A stretch of 64,000 nucleotides of DNA from contig CAWIPH010000002.1 in NCBI GenBank assembly GCA_963837955.1, positions 2,176,001 to 2,240,000 on the forward strand, read 5' to 3'. The stretch is from an uncultured Verrucomicrobiae bacterium (GTDB lineage: Bacteria > Verrucomicrobiota > Verrucomicrobiia > Chthoniobacterales > JAFAMB01). Position numbers and translations under genes: made by a program. The notes below the pieces were generated by a model. The model was not told the origin of the DNA and ran no database searches. It saw nothing but the letters and a program-made list of their open reading frames with translations. Below are positions 48,877 to 60,747 of this stretch, piece after piece. Positions within the stretch are counted from its first letter, which is position 1; the number at the start of each line of letters is the position of its first letter.

Positions 48877-49926
48877 GTGAATGTTCAGAGACGCATAAGT
48901 ATAACTGAAATTGTCGCGGCAACCGGCTTGAGTCGCGCAACGGTCGATCGTGTTTTGAACAAACGCCCCGGGGTCCATCCACGAACTCAGGCCCACGTGC
49001 TTCGGGTGCTCGCTCGTTTGGAAAACGACGGGCAGCCGTGGCGCCAAGAGCCCTTTGTCCTGGAGAAGCGCGATTCCTATCGCTTCGGGATCGTGGTTCA
49101 AGCCGGTGAGACGTTCACGCGGTCGGTGCTGGACATGGTCCAAAAGGTCACGAAGACAGAGAGTAGCGCAGCAAACTTGCAGGCAGCCGCCAGCCGATCC
49201 GATGAGGAGACGATCGAACTCATCCAGACGATTGGCCGAGACCTGGACGGAGTCGCGCTTGTAAGCAAGAACATCGAGCCGATTAAGTCCGCGCTTAAAG
49301 AGGTGCGAGACGCCGGCAAAAACGTTGTCGCCTTGGTCTCAGATCTGGATGCGGCAGTCCGGAATGCCTATGTGGGAATCGATAACCGGGCAGCCGGCCA
49401 GCTGGCAGCTTTCATCCTGGGCAGGTGCCTGGAGCGAGTGGCAGAAGCGAAAGTTGCGGTTGTCGTGGGCTATTTCTCGTATTTATGCCAGGAAGACCGG
49501 GAAATCGGGTTTCGATCCCTTTTGCGGCAACGCTTCCCACAAATAGAAATCGTAGAAGTCATCAAGGGAGACGACTCGCGAGAGGGGACTTATACAGCCA
49601 CGCTCCGCCTGCTTAAAAATCGCCGCGACATCGCCGGCATCTATAATGTGGCAGGTGGAAACTTCGGGTTGGCAAGAGCGATTGACGAAGCGGGTCTGGA
49701 CCGGCGTCCCCTCTATATTGCCCATGAAGTCAACGAGGTTACTGAACCACTGCTGCGAACAGGGTTCATCGATTTTCTGATTTCGCAAAACATCGAATCA
49801 CTGGTTCGCATGAGCAGGCAGGTATTGATCGATTTGAGCCTGAATACCGGTTCGGTTCGTGAGCTGAATTATCTGCCCATTCAAGTGGTTTCGGAATTTA
49901 CTCTAGTTCCGGGGGGCTTCCAATAA
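48877..49926 (+). CDS. LacI family transcriptional regulator
   Basis: ISITEIVAATGLSRATVDRVLN HTH; YVGIDNRAAGQLA sensor; GTG start inferred. Confidence 0.93.
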   Translation: MNVQRRISITEIVAATGLSRATVDRVLNKRPGVHPRTQAHVLRVLARLENDGQPWRQEPFVLEKRDSYRFGIVVQAGETFTRSVLDMVQKVTKTESSAANLQAAASRSDEETIELIQTIGRDLDGVALVSKNIEPIKSALKEVRDAGKNVVALVSDLDAAVRNAYVGIDNRAAGQLAAFILGRCLERVAEAKVAVVVGYFSYLCQEDREIGFRSLLRQRFPQIEIVEVIKGDDSREGTYTATLRLLKNRRDIAGIYNVAGGNFGLARAIDEAGLDRRPLYIAHEVNEVTEPLLRTGFIDFLISQNIESLVRMSRQVLIDLSLNTGSVRELNYLPIQVVSEFTLVPGGFQ

Positions 49927-50493
49927 GGTAGAGGCAGACACACCTTCAAAGCCTTCGGGTACATCGATAGCCGCCGGAATTGCGCCGGTCCAGTTTCATC
50001 CGAACTGCGAAACCGCTCTGCAGGGAGCTTGGCGGCCTGATTATCTCAAAAAAGATCACACAATCATTTTGATTTGATCTAAAAAGACGCATACCCTTGC
50101 GCCGGGTTCCCTATCATATGCGTCGTAATCACTCAAGTAGAGGCGGTCCGCAGAGTTCATCTTGTTTCGATTACAAACCATTTCGAAATGCAACCTGCAG
50201 CTAAGTACGGGCGCGGGGGTCACGTCTTGAGATCTTCTGAGCTTGAAGAAAGTCGCATTTTTCGTGAACAAATAGCTCTTTATAGAAAGCATAATGATTG
50301 ATTCTGATGTTCTGCGCAGATTCAGGCTTGATATCTGAGCGGATTTTGTAACAGTGGAAGAAGCAGGTCCACCCCCCCCGAAAACGAGAACCAAGCTGGC
50401 ACCTTGTCCACCTGATCGAAAGGCTTACAAGGGCAAGGTCTCCCGAAGAGAACCGAGTTTGCTAACCGACAATTCGAAGACCGTGATGCGCAA

Positions 50494-51456
50494 ATGAAAC
50501 TGTGCGTTGTATCTGAAAGTCTAGCCAATTTGTCATTGAAAGAGGCTGCGAGAGCGTCAGCCGACCTCGGTCTTGCGGCCTTGGAAATCGGAATGGGCAA
50601 CTGGTGTGCCGCTCCTCATGCCGACCTGAACGCTCTTTTGGAGAGCAAGGATAAGCGGCATGAGTTTTTGTCCGTGTTTAAGCAAAACGGCTTGTCATTA
50701 GCGGCTCTCAATTGTAGCGGAAATCAGCTTCATCCCGTCGATGGAGAACGTCAAAGTAGAGTCGTTTACGATACGGTCCGGGTTGCCGAATTGCTTGGCG
50801 TTCACACGATTGTGTTGATGTCGGGTTTGCCAGCCGGCGGACCGAGCGACCTGAGACCAAACTGGATCACGTGCGCATGGCCACCGGAGAACAGGGAAAT
50901 TCTCGACTGGCAATGGGAGGCAAAGCTTGTGCCCTACTGGGAAAAGCTAGCCGCATTCGCCCAAGACTGTGGTGTAACCAAACTTTGCATCGAACTGCAT
51001 GGCCACCAGTTGGTCTATAACGTGCCTACTTTATTGAAGCTGAGAAAGCAGGTCGGAAAGATCGTCGGCGCAAATCTCGATCCGAGTCATTTGTTTTGGA
51101 TGGGCGCCGACCCCTTGGCGGCGATCGATTCCCTGGGCGATGCGATCCATCATGTACACGCAAAGGACACAGCTTTGAACGAGCGAGTACTGAACCTGAC
51201 TGGCCGGTTGGAAACTATTGGACACGAGCATGTCCAGGATCGCGCCTGGAATTATATCACGCTGGGATACGGACACGGCGAGCAATGGTGGCGGCAGTTT
51301 TGCTACCGGCTTCGTCTCAACGGTTACGACGGCTGGCTGTCCATCGAGCACGAAGATATCGTTCTCTCCCGGATGGAAGGAATGCGGCGATCGGTTGATC
51401 TGCTGAAAAGCGCGTTGGCCGAGGAACCGAGCGATTACACGTTGCCAACGAGCTGA
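50494..51456 (+). CDS. Sugar phosphate isomerase/epimerase (xylose isomerase-like TIM barrel)
   Basis: LNCSGN.LHP, IELHG, NLDPSHL, HVHAKD, SIEHED. Confidence 0.9.
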   Translation: MKLCVVSESLANLSLKEAARASADLGLAALEIGMGNWCAAPHADLNALLESKDKRHEFLSVFKQNGLSLAALNCSGNQLHPVDGERQSRVVYDTVRVAELLGVHTIVLMSGLPAGGPSDLRPNWITCAWPPENREILDWQWEAKLVPYWEKLAAFAQDCGVTKLCIELHGHQLVYNVPTLLKLRKQVGKIVGANLDPSHLFWMGADPLAAIDSLGDAIHHVHAKDTALNERVLNLTGRLETIGHEHVQDRAWNYITLGYGHGEQWWRQFCYRLRLNGYDGWLSIEHEDIVLSRMEGMRRSVDLLKSALAEEPSDYTLPTS

Positions 51457-51466
51457 ACGAAGAACT

Positions 51467-52483
51467 ATGATCGGAATCGCATTACTGGGCGCCGGTCGCA
51501 TGGCGCGAGTGCATGCTCAGGGAATTGGGGCGGCCGGGGGAAAACTCGTCACAGTTTTCGACGTTGTTGAGAAGGCGGCTGCGTCTCTTGCTTCAGAAAC
51601 CGGCGCCTCCGTATCGGGCAGCATCGAAGAGGCGTTGGATCATCCCGGAGTCGCGGCTGTGCTTGTGGCGACGTCGTCGGACACACACGTCAATTGTATC
51701 ATCCAGGCGTCCGAGGCCGGAAAGGCGGTCATGTGCGAGAAGCCGCTGGCACCGAGCCTGGCAGAGGCACAGCGCTGTATCGATGTTCTGGGTGCCAAGG
51801 CAGGCAATGTCTTTTTGGGCTTCAACCGCCGCTTCGATCCAGGCCACGCAGCACTGAAAAAAGCAATTGAGGCGGGCGAGATCGGCAATCTCGAACAACT
51901 GACAATTACCAGTCGCGACCCGCATCCGCCGCCGCTCGACTACATCCCCAATTCAGGCGGGCTCTTTCGAGACATGATGATCCATGACTTTGACATGGCT
52001 CGCTGGATGTTAGGCGAAGAACCGGTGAGTATTCACAGTCGTGGCAGCTGTCTGGTCGACCCCGAGATTGGCAGGCTTGGCGACATCGACACGGCTTCTG
52101 TCAGCTTGGTCACACCAAGCGGCAAGCAGGCCGTGATCTTGAATTCACGGCGAGCCGCATATGGATACGACCAGCGGATCGAAGCCTTCGGTTCGGCCGG
52201 CATGCTCATTTCTGACAATCCGAAGGCCACGGGCTTAACGCGGTATTCCAGCCAGAGCTTTGGGGCGCCGGATCGCTTTCGCGCGTTTTACATGGAACGC
52301 TATGGCGACAGCTATCGGCTGGAGATTGAAACCTTCCTCCGCGGAGTAGTCGAGGGCACGCCGTTCCCGGTAAATGCTATTGACGGCCTGCGAACCGCTT
52401 ATCTGGCGGAGGCGGCTGCAGCCTCTCTGCGAACGGGAAGGGCCATCGAACTCAAAGCTAACTGCGAGGTGACTTGGACATGA
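51467..52483 (+). CDS. iolG: Inositol 2-dehydrogenase-like (Gfo/Idh/MocA)
   Basis: GAGRM, CEKP, GFNRRFDP, SRDP, SGGLFRDMMIHDFD, YGYDQRIE. Confidence 0.88.
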   Translation: MIGIALLGAGRMARVHAQGIGAAGGKLVTVFDVVEKAAASLASETGASVSGSIEEALDHPGVAAVLVATSSDTHVNCIIQASEAGKAVMCEKPLAPSLAEAQRCIDVLGAKAGNVFLGFNRRFDPGHAALKKAIEAGEIGNLEQLTITSRDPHPPPLDYIPNSGGLFRDMMIHDFDMARWMLGEEPVSIHSRGSCLVDPEIGRLGDIDTASVSLVTPSGKQAVILNSRRAAYGYDQRIEAFGSAGMLISDNPKATGLTRYSSQSFGAPDRFRAFYMERYGDSYRLEIETFLRGVVEGTPFPVNAIDGLRTAYLAEAAAASLRTGRAIELKANCEVTWT

Positions 52484-53277
52484 GTGACGACTCTTTCCCG
52501 AGAAACCGAACCACTATCGCGATGATCACCGGAGGCACACAAGGCCTTGGGCTGGCGATCGCCAAAAGGCTGGCACAAGAAGGTGCTCGTGGGATAGCCA
52601 TCAGCGGTCGAAACTCGGAAAAGGGTCAAAGCGCTGCCGAGAGTATTCGCGTACTGGGGACCGATTGCCTGTTTGTAAAGGCCGACGTTTCGATCGCCGA
52701 TGACTGCTTCAGACTCGTCGACTCCACTCTGGAGCACTTCGGCAGCGCTAATGGCCTGGTTAATTCGGCAGCCGCGACAGATCGCGGCACGCTTCTGGAC
52801 ACCAGCCTTGAGCACTGGAACCGGCACTTCGACACGAATGTACGCGGCCCCTTCCTGATGATGCAGCGCCTGGTCAAACACTTAGTTGGAACCGGCAGGC
52901 CGGGCAGCATTGTTAATATTATCTCGATGGCAGCCCACTGCGGGCAGTCTTATCTGACAGCTTACTCGGCTTCGAAAGGGGCACTGGCAACCCTCACCAA
53001 AAATGTTGCCAATGCGTATGCGGCCAGACGCATACGATGCAACGGCATCCTCCTCGGCTGGATGGATACTCCCGGTGAGAGCGTGACCCAGAAGAAATTC
53101 CATGGCGCGAGCGAAGATTGGTTGGGTAAAGCCGAGGCGGCTCAGCCCATGGGGCAGCTCGTTAAGCCAGAGGAGGTGGCGGGACTCGTCGCTTACATGC
53201 TGAGCCCGGAGTCCGGTGTCATGACTGGGGCTTTGGTAGATTATGATCAGAATGTTGCCGGAGCCTATCCTGAGTAA
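52480..53277 (+). CDS. SDR family oxidoreductase
   Basis: TGGTQGLG, YSASK; ATGA overlap with the previous gene. Confidence 0.93.
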   Translation: MSDDSFPRNRTTIAMITGGTQGLGLAIAKRLAQEGARGIAISGRNSEKGQSAAESIRVLGTDCLFVKADVSIADDCFRLVDSTLEHFGSANGLVNSAAATDRGTLLDTSLEHWNRHFDTNVRGPFLMMQRLVKHLVGTGRPGSIVNIISMAAHCGQSYLTAYSASKGALATLTKNVANAYAARRIRCNGILLGWMDTPGESVTQKKFHGASEDWLGKAEAAQPMGQLVKPEEVAGLVAYMLSPESGVMTGALVDYDQNVAGAYPE

Positions 53278-53302
53278 CAGAACGCGTTGACTAGGAAATT
53301 TT

Positions 53303-54472
53303 ATGGCAGCAGTAGAAGAGAGAAAAGTCAGGGTAGGCATGGTTGGTGGTGGGCCTGGCGCCGGAATTGCCGAGACTCATCGGACGGCGATGCGGCTCGA
53401 CGACAGGTACGTGATCGTTGCAGGCGTGTTTTCCCGTGACCGTGAGAAATCGCTGAGTGCGGCAAAGAAATTGTACATTCCCGAGGACAGAATTTACTCG
53501 GACTATGTCGCGATGGCAGAGGCGGAATCGGCACGAAAGGATAAGAGGATTGATGCGGTTGTTATTGTAACTCAAACCGCTAGTCACTATGAGATCGCGC
53601 GGAAATTTCTGGAGACTGGAATCAATGTTGTTTGCGATAAGCCGTTATGCCTAAAGCTGGCGGAAGCTAAGGAGCTTCAGAGACTCGTCGAGAAAAGCGG
53701 ACTGATCTTTTGCCTAACCCATAACTATTCAGGGTACGCGATGGTTAGACAGGCGGCTCGCATGGTCAGGAACGGCGATATTGGGAAGGTGAAGGTTGTG
53801 CAAGCCGAGCACGCGTCTGGCTGGGCAATCAAGCTATTGGAAAAAGAGGGTCATCCACAAGCAGCATGGAGAACGGATCCGGAGGTTCTCGGTGATGCCA
53901 GTGTATTATACGATCTTGGTACCCATGCACACCAGCTAAGCCGTTTTGTGACCGGACTCGAGGTTACGGAGGTAGCTGCAGAAATGAACCAAATCGTTGA
54001 AGGCAGAGCGATCAAGGACAATGCCAATGTGTTGCTCCGGTTTTCCAATGGCGCGCGAGGAACACTCTGGGCATCGATGGCGGCCGCCGGCAATGAGCAC
54101 GGCCTTCGGATTCGCGTTTACGGGGATCGAGGCAGCTTGGCCTGGCATCATGAGGATCCGCATCACTTGCGTTATTGCCCGATCGATCGTGCGCCGCAAT
54201 TACTGGCGCAGGGCGCGGACTGGCTGTCCCCAGATGCACGACGTTGGACGCGCGTGGGGCTTGGGCATCCGGAAGGATTTTTTGAAGCGTTTGCCAATCT
54301 CTATACAGAGGTCGCGGACGCTCTTTTGGCTAAGTCGGAGGGCAAAGCATGGGTAAAAGGTGATCTCGGTTTTCCCGATGTCACGGACGGAGTACGTGGG
54401 GTAGCCTTTGTGGAAAGTGCCATGCGCTCCTACGCGGGAGGCGGCGCATGGAAGCAGGTCGAGGCGGCTTAA
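53303..54472 (+). CDS. Gfo/Idh/MocA family oxidoreductase
   Basis: GMVGGG, CDKP, THNYSGY, WRTDP, DLGTHA, GHPEGF.EAFANLY. Confidence 0.92.
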   Translation: MAAVEERKVRVGMVGGGPGAGIAETHRTAMRLDDRYVIVAGVFSRDREKSLSAAKKLYIPEDRIYSDYVAMAEAESARKDKRIDAVVIVTQTASHYEIARKFLETGINVVCDKPLCLKLAEAKELQRLVEKSGLIFCLTHNYSGYAMVRQAARMVRNGDIGKVKVVQAEHASGWAIKLLEKEGHPQAAWRTDPEVLGDASVLYDLGTHAHQLSRFVTGLEVTEVAAEMNQIVEGRAIKDNANVLLRFSNGARGTLWASMAAAGNEHGLRIRVYGDRGSLAWHHEDPHHLRYCPIDRAPQLLAQGADWLSPDARRWTRVGLGHPEGFFEAFANLYTEVADALLAKSEGKAWVKGDLGFPDVTDGVRGVAFVESAMRSYAGGGAWKQVEAA

Positions 54473-54542
54473 CCCAAAATCTGAAATTGCACCGGAATCT
54501 CGGAGTCTAGATTTAAGAGCGAAAGATCAAAAGGAGCAATAG

Positions 54543-55538
54543 ATGCTGAAAGTAGCCGTCATTGGAACTGGTTTTATTGGCTCGGTTCACGCGAAAAATA
54601 TTGCGCGACATCCCGGTGCAGAACTAGTGGCTGTGAGCGACGCTAACATCGAATTTGCCAAGAGGGTCGCGGCGACCACGGGCGCGAGAGCGGTAAGTGA
54701 TATTGCGGAAGTATTTGGCGATCAAGCGATCCAGGCCGTCTTGATTGCCACGCCTACTGATACGCATGTGGACTATCTCCGTCGTGCGGCTGCTGCTGGA
54801 AAGGCGATATATTGCGAGAAGCCGATTGGATTGGATTATGAGGAAGCAGAAAAAGCTGTGCGGGCGGTTCGTGCGGCCGGTGTTCCAGTCATGCTTGGAT
54901 TTAACCGTCGATTCGATGCGAGCCACGCTGCTGTAAAAGAGGCAGTAGACCGAGGCGAAGTCGGCAAAGTGGAAATTGTCCAGCTGACGAGCCGCGGCCC
55001 CAATCCGCCACCGATTTCGTACGTCAAGGTTTCTGGAGGCCAACTCCGCGATCAAACGATTCATTTTTTCGATTTGCTGCGATGGCTGACAAATGATGAA
55101 CCGGTTGAGGTATACGCAATAGGCGCCGCTTTGGTTGATCCGGCAATCGGCCAGGCAGGCGATGTCGATACGTCGATTGTGTCGCTGCGGATGGCATCCG
55201 GAGCGCTGTGCCAAATCGATAGTTCGCGGCGTGCGGCCTATGGGTACGACGAAAGGATTGAGGTGTTTGGTTCCGAAGGAATGGTGGAATCCGCACGGCA
55301 AAACTCCAGGGGACTCGTCCTTTACAAAGGACGTCAGATCCTTAAGGACGGGCTTCATCCGGGCTGGTTCGAGCGCATCGAACAGAGTTACTACGACGCG
55401 ATTGACACTTTCCTGAAGTCGGTAGAACAGGGTACGCCGCCGAGCCCTTCTCTTGAAGATGGTTTAAAAGCTCAGCTCATCGCCGACAAGGCAACGGAGT
55501 CAATAAAAACGGGGCAACCAATCAAAATTGCCATATAG
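54543..55538 (+). CDS. iolG: Inositol 2-dehydrogenase-like, second paralog
   Basis: GTGFIG, CEKP, GFNRRFD, SGGQLRDQTIHFFD, YGYDERIE. Confidence 0.85.
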   Translation: MLKVAVIGTGFIGSVHAKNIARHPGAELVAVSDANIEFAKRVAATTGARAVSDIAEVFGDQAIQAVLIATPTDTHVDYLRRAAAAGKAIYCEKPIGLDYEEAEKAVRAVRAAGVPVMLGFNRRFDASHAAVKEAVDRGEVGKVEIVQLTSRGPNPPPISYVKVSGGQLRDQTIHFFDLLRWLTNDEPVEVYAIGAALVDPAIGQAGDVDTSIVSLRMASGALCQIDSSRRAAYGYDERIEVFGSEGMVESARQNSRGLVLYKGRQILKDGLHPGWFERIEQSYYDAIDTFLKSVEQGTPPSPSLEDGLKAQLIADKATESIKTGQPIKIAI

Positions 55539-55547
55539 GCTCTCAAC

Positions 55548-56452
55548 ATGGCCAAGGAAAATTTATTACCAGGGGTTCACTTGGGAGTTAGTCCGTTAAG
55601 TTGGACTAATGATGTGCTAGCTGAACTTGGCGGCGATATTCCGCTGGAAACCTGTCTGAAGGATGCCGCTGATATCGGCTACGAAGGAGTGGAACTGGGA
55701 AGGAAATTTCCAAGGGAAGGCCGGCAACTTTCGTCGATTCTTTCCAGTTATGGACTTCGGCTGAGTGGGTGGCTGGCATTCAGGGTTCCTCGCCGAACGT
55801 TCAGTAGAAGAGGAATGGAAGGCCGCCGCGGATCATGTCCGATTACTGAAGGACTGCGGCAGCCAGGTATTCGTTTACGCAGAATGGGATTGATAACCGA
55901 CGCCTCGCCGTGGGACGAACCCCTAAGCAAGCGTCCGACCTGAAAGCGAGCTCGAGTTTTCGGCCTATGCTGGCAGGCTTAGCGAATTTGCAACCAGGCT
56001 GAAGGAGACGGGGATCACGTTGGCCTACCACCACCATTTAAAGATGGTAGTTGAGAGAGCTGAAGAGATCGACGCTTTCTGCGAATCTACTTGAGAGGAC
56101 GTGGGGCTTCTCCTCGACACCGGTCACGCTTACGCAGCCGGCGCCGATTACGCCGAGATACTCCGGAAGTTCGGATCCAGAGTCGTGCACATCCACCTCA
56201 AAGATGTGCGCCGCGACGGTACTGGAACGCGCTCGCAAAAATGATTGGTCGTTTAATTCAGCAGTCAGGGAAGGGATGTTTACTGTTCCCGGTGACGGCG
56301 ACATCGATTTTTCGGCAATAGGAGAGTTTATCCGGACTTCAGGATATCGCGGCTGGGTCGTGGTAGAAGCTGAGCAGGACCCTGCTAAAGCAGCTCCAAA
56401 ATTATACGCGGAGAAAGCCTACCATTTCGTCAGAAAACTCATAGCCGGGTGA
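55548..56452 (+). CDS. iolE: Myo-inosose-2 dehydratase, frameshifted in the sequence
   Basis: SPLSWTND..ELGG, GYEGVELGRKFP; AYHHH, LLLDTGH and HIHLKD in other frames; FTVPGDGDIDF, VVEAEQDP. Confidence 0.87.
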
Positions 56453-56470
56453 TTCAGGAGAAAAGTAGAT

Positions 56471-57653
56471 ATGGCAAAATCTTTGAATATTGGACTTATA
56501 GGTTCGGGGTTCATGGGGCAAGCGCACGCGGATGCTTACCGGCGCGCGGGAATATTGTATCGAAATCTGCCTCGCACGCCTGTGTTGTACGCTATCGCCG
56601 ATCAGAACGAGCGATCTGGCGGAGAAGGCCGGGCCAGGCTGGGTTTTGCAAAAGGCTACGGTGATTGGCGCCGGTTAATCGAAGACCCAGAAGTGGATGT
56701 TGTCGACATCACCACACCAAATCATTTGCATGTGGAACCGGCTTTGGCCGCCCTCGAGGCGGGGAAACATGTTTATTGTGAGAAGCCGATGGCGGTGAAA
56801 GTTGAAGATGCGCAGCGCATGGCCGCCGCAGCCAAGAAGTCAGGCGTTAAGACGTTGGTAGCTTTCAACAACATCAAAACTCCAGCGGCGCTGGTGGCCA
56901 AGCAGATCATCGAGCGCGGAGAAATCGGTGAATTGGTGCGTTTCCGAGGCAGGTTTGATCAAGGTTTTTTTAATGATCCCTATTTGCCCTGGTCCTGGCG
57001 CTGCTCCAGAGAGTTGGCGGGTACGGGAGCTCTGGGTGATCTTGGGGCGCATGCGGTTTCCGTGGCGCAATTTCTCATGGGCGACATAACGGCGGTTTCT
57101 GCGCAGGCCCAAACGATATTCAAAGAGCGTCCCAGTACCCGATTTCGATGCCGGCTACGGAAGCAAAGTGGCGGCCGACGCCAAAAAACAAGTGGTTGAA
57201 AACGAAGATCAAATCCAATCGCTGGTGAAATTTTCCTCCGGCGCCGCGGGTGTCATCGAGGCTTCGCGCATCTGCGCCGGTCGCGTTTTTGGCGTCTTTT
57301 GGGAGATCTCCGGTACGGAGGGAACGATCGTGAACAACGGCGAAAGATTTAACGAGCTTCAGGTCTTTCGAATGAGAGAAGCAAAGCGCGACCGCGGCTT
57401 CACCACCATCTATTGCGGATCGCAAGTTCCGCAGTATTCAGCCTTCTTTGGCTTTGATTTCGCCGGCGGCGGATTGGGCTACTTTGATATGAAGGTATTC
57501 GAGGTGCACGACCTTGTCCAAGCCATCGGGCGGGATGAGAAGTGTTTTCCGGATTTTGAGTTTGGCGCACGGAACCAAAAAATTCTTGAAGCGATCGATC
57601 AGTCGAGCAGATCGGGTACCTGGGTATCCGCGGATGAATTAGATCGGAGATAA
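56471..57653 (+). CDS. Gfo/Idh/MocA family oxidoreductase, frameshifted near 57130
   Basis: GSGFMG, TPNHLH, CEKP, GALGDLGAH in ORF 56471; VENED..C-terminus in ORF 57168. Confidence 0.9.
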
Positions 57654-57888
57654 TGATCGATTTCATAGAAAACATTGCTCACCTGGCGAATCCTCGCTCC
57701 TCTGGTCGCCAGCTGCATATTGGAACCGGCAGCAGAGCGCCGCTCCAACGGCGCTAGAGGCGTTCCGATTTCGGTTCGAAACATTTGACCTTTTAGTTTT
57801 TGCGATCCAAGAATCTGCTTTCACAAAGAAGTTCTCGAGGAAGATTGCGGCAAAAACGGCAAAAAGGCTTTAGTTAAAAGAATTGCTC

Positions 57889-57920
57889 TTGACTAGAGGA
57901 GTTTCATTCTATAATCGATT
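57889..57920 (+). promoter_or_regulatory. Putative sigma70 promoter for the inositol ABC genes
   Basis: TTGACT (57889-94), 15 bp, TATAAT (57910-15), overlapped by palindrome aatcgatt; spacer is short. Confidence 0.45.
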
Positions 57921-58216
57921 CGAAATTAAACGAAATCCCCCCGTCCCGCAACAATGAGTGCGCTGCCGGTTTCAATTTCGCTTTTCTTTCTATCGTTGTG
58001 TTCCCCAAAGGAGATCAGTGAGAGCGTTCCGGCGCGTGTCCCTTTTTGTGATCGAATTTTCCGACATAGATTACGTTTAATGTTCCCCCAAATTCAAACC
58101 AGGAGAAGACCATGTCCATTCAAAGCACAATCCATAAGCAATCCCACACCCCACCGAGAGCACGTGAAAACCCGTTTCAAGCAGGCTGTATCGCGATGGC
58201 CCATCGGAGTAAAGAA

Positions 58217-59163
58217 ATGAAGCTCGCAAAAGTTTTCCTTCCAGCGATTGCCATAATGACAATGGCCTTGGGCGGTATTCCCGCCCTGGCCGCCGAACCA
58301 AAGATCAAAATCGGGGTTACCATGGCCCTGTTCGACGATGTCTGGTTGACCAATGTCCGGGATGCCATGACCAAATGGGCCAAGAGCCACCCCGATGTCG
58401 AAATCACCATCGTCGATGCGAATAATGACACCGCCAAGCAGACGGGCCAGGTGGAAAATTTCCTGGCTCAGGGAATGAATGCCGTGGTCATCCTTCCGGT
58501 GGATACCGCCGCAACCGGACCGATGACCAAGGCCGTGGTCAAAGCCGGCAAGCCTTTGGTGTACGTGAACCGCAAGCCTTCAAACCTGCCGAAGGGAGTA
58601 GTGTATTGTGGTTCCAACTCCATTGAGGCCGGGATCATGAACATGGAGGAACTTGGTAAAGCAATGGGCGGCAAAGGAAATGTAGCCATCCTGATGGGTG
58701 AGCTGAGCAATGAAGCCGCCATTGGCCGTACGGATGGAATCAAGAAAGTCGTTAAGGAAAAGTTCCCAGATATCAAGGTTGTCCGCGAACAGAGCGGCAA
58801 CTGGAAGCGTGAGCAGGGCAAGACCATTATGGAGAACTGGTTGGCTTCCGGCCAGGAGATTGACGGAGTGGCCTCAAACAACGACGAGATGGCGCTGGGT
58901 GCATTGCAGGCCATCAAGGCTGCCGGAAAACTCGGAAAGATCCCTGTTGGCGGCACGGATGGCAGCCATGACGCTTTGGCGTCAATGGGCAAGGGTGAAC
59001 TGAATAACACCGTGTTCCAGGATCCCGTCGGCCAGGGTGAGGAAGCTGTCAATGCCGCCTATCTGCTGGTCAAGAAGGAACCCAATCCGAAAGTGGTGGA
59101 CGGTAACATCTGGATTGCCTACCAGCGATCAACAAGGAGAACTACAAGTCGTTCCTGAAATAA
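58217..59163 (+). CDS. Sugar (probably inositol) ABC substrate-binding protein; frameshift in the last codons
   Basis: Signal peptide ending ALA; FDDVWLT, VYVNR, NNDEMALGA, TVFQD; likely true tail INKENYKSFLK* in another frame. Confidence 0.9.
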
Positions 59164-59232
59164 GTCCTCGCTTGACCACTGTCTACCTAGGCCTGGAAGA
59201 CAGTGGTCATTGAACGAGAGAGGAGCCAAGCT

Positions 59233-60736
59233 ATGGAAAACGAATACGTGCTTAGTATGGAGGGTATTTCCAAGCAGTTCCCAGGGGTGCGTGCACTTAG
59301 CAATGTCGAACTGCGCGCCCGCAAGGGAACGGTGCATGCGCTGATGGGCGAAAACGGCGCAGGCAAATCGACGCTGATGAAATGTTTGATTGGCATCTAT
59401 GCGCCGGATTCGGGCACCATAACCTTCAAGGGTGAACGACTGAATATAACCAATACCCATTATGCTCTGTCCAAGGGTATTTCGATGATTCACCAGGAAC
59501 TGAGCCCGATTCCCCAGATGACCGTCGCGGAGAACATTTACCTGGGTCGTGAACCCATCACCTGGAACGGCCTGGTTGACATGCGCAAAATGAACCGCAT
59601 GGCCACAGAACTGTTAGATCGGCTTCACATCAAGATCAAGCCAACCGCTAAAATGTACGAGCTAAGCATTGCCAATGTTCAGCTCGCCGAAATCGCCAAA
59701 GCGGTTTCCTATAACTCGGACTTGATCATCATGGATGAACCAACCTCGGCTATCACCGAGGCGGAGGTGGAAGGACTTTTTAAGATCATCAGATCATTGA
59801 AGGCCCAGGGGTGCGCGATCATCTATATCAGCCATAAAATGGACGAGATCTTCAAGATCACCGATGAGGTCACGGTTTTCCGTGATGGTCAATACATCAG
59901 CACGGACGCAACCGCTGATTTAACCGATGGCAAACTCATCGAAAAGATGGTTGGCCGGACGCTTACCGATATGTTTCACAAGGAAACAACCGACATGGGT
60001 TCGGTTTTTCTTGATGTTCAAAACGTAAGCGGGAAAGGATTTCGCAATGTCAGTTTCCAGGTCAGGCGCGGCGAGATTCTAGGCCTTGCGGGCCTGATGG
60101 GGGCTGGGCGCACCGAACTTATGGAAGGGGTTTTTGGGGTGACCCGGACCCATGGCGGAACCATAAGGATTAATGGGAAGGAGGTCACAATCAAGTCACC
60201 GGCCGATGCGATTCGAAACGGCATGGCACTTGCTGACCGAAGACCGGAAACTGACCGGCTTGTACCTCAATGCCAGCGTTCGCGAGAATATGTTCATAGC
60301 GAACATAAATAGATACATGGTTAGGGCCCTTCGTTCATTTCGGGAAAATCGCGAAGGATTGCGAAAAGATGCGGGGCTTAATGCGCATCAAGACACCTAG
60401 CCTGATGGAAATTATAAAGAACCTGTCCGGTGGCAATCAACAGAAGGTATTGATTTCACGTTGGTTATTAACCGAGCCGGATCTCCTGATCCTGGACGAG
60501 CCAACGCGTGGGAATCGATGTCGGCGCCAAATCGGAAATCTACCGGCTGATGACCGAATTTGTTCGCTCCGGCAAGGCAATTATCATGATCTCGTCGGAA
60601 TTGCCGGAAGATCCTCGGGATGAGTGATCGAATCATGGTCATGCACACAGGCGACAAGGTAGGTGAGCTTTCGCGGGCGGAAGCGACACAGGAAAAGATC
60701 CTTCAAATGGCTACGGGGATGAGTTTAACTGCATAA
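59233..60736 (+). CDS. Sugar ABC ATP-binding protein (two NBDs), frameshifted
   Basis: [28 protein letters not shown] and LDEPTRG in later frames; ends MATGMSLTA*. Confidence 0.9.
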
Positions 60737-60747
60737 AAAGGAGCGTT

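Noticed and set aside
49927..50493. Riboswitch or ncRNA in the long leader before the epimerase
   Set aside because: No recognisable aptamer; only an 8-bp inverted repeat (gacgcata 50086-93 / tatgcgtc 50117-24), too weak to call.
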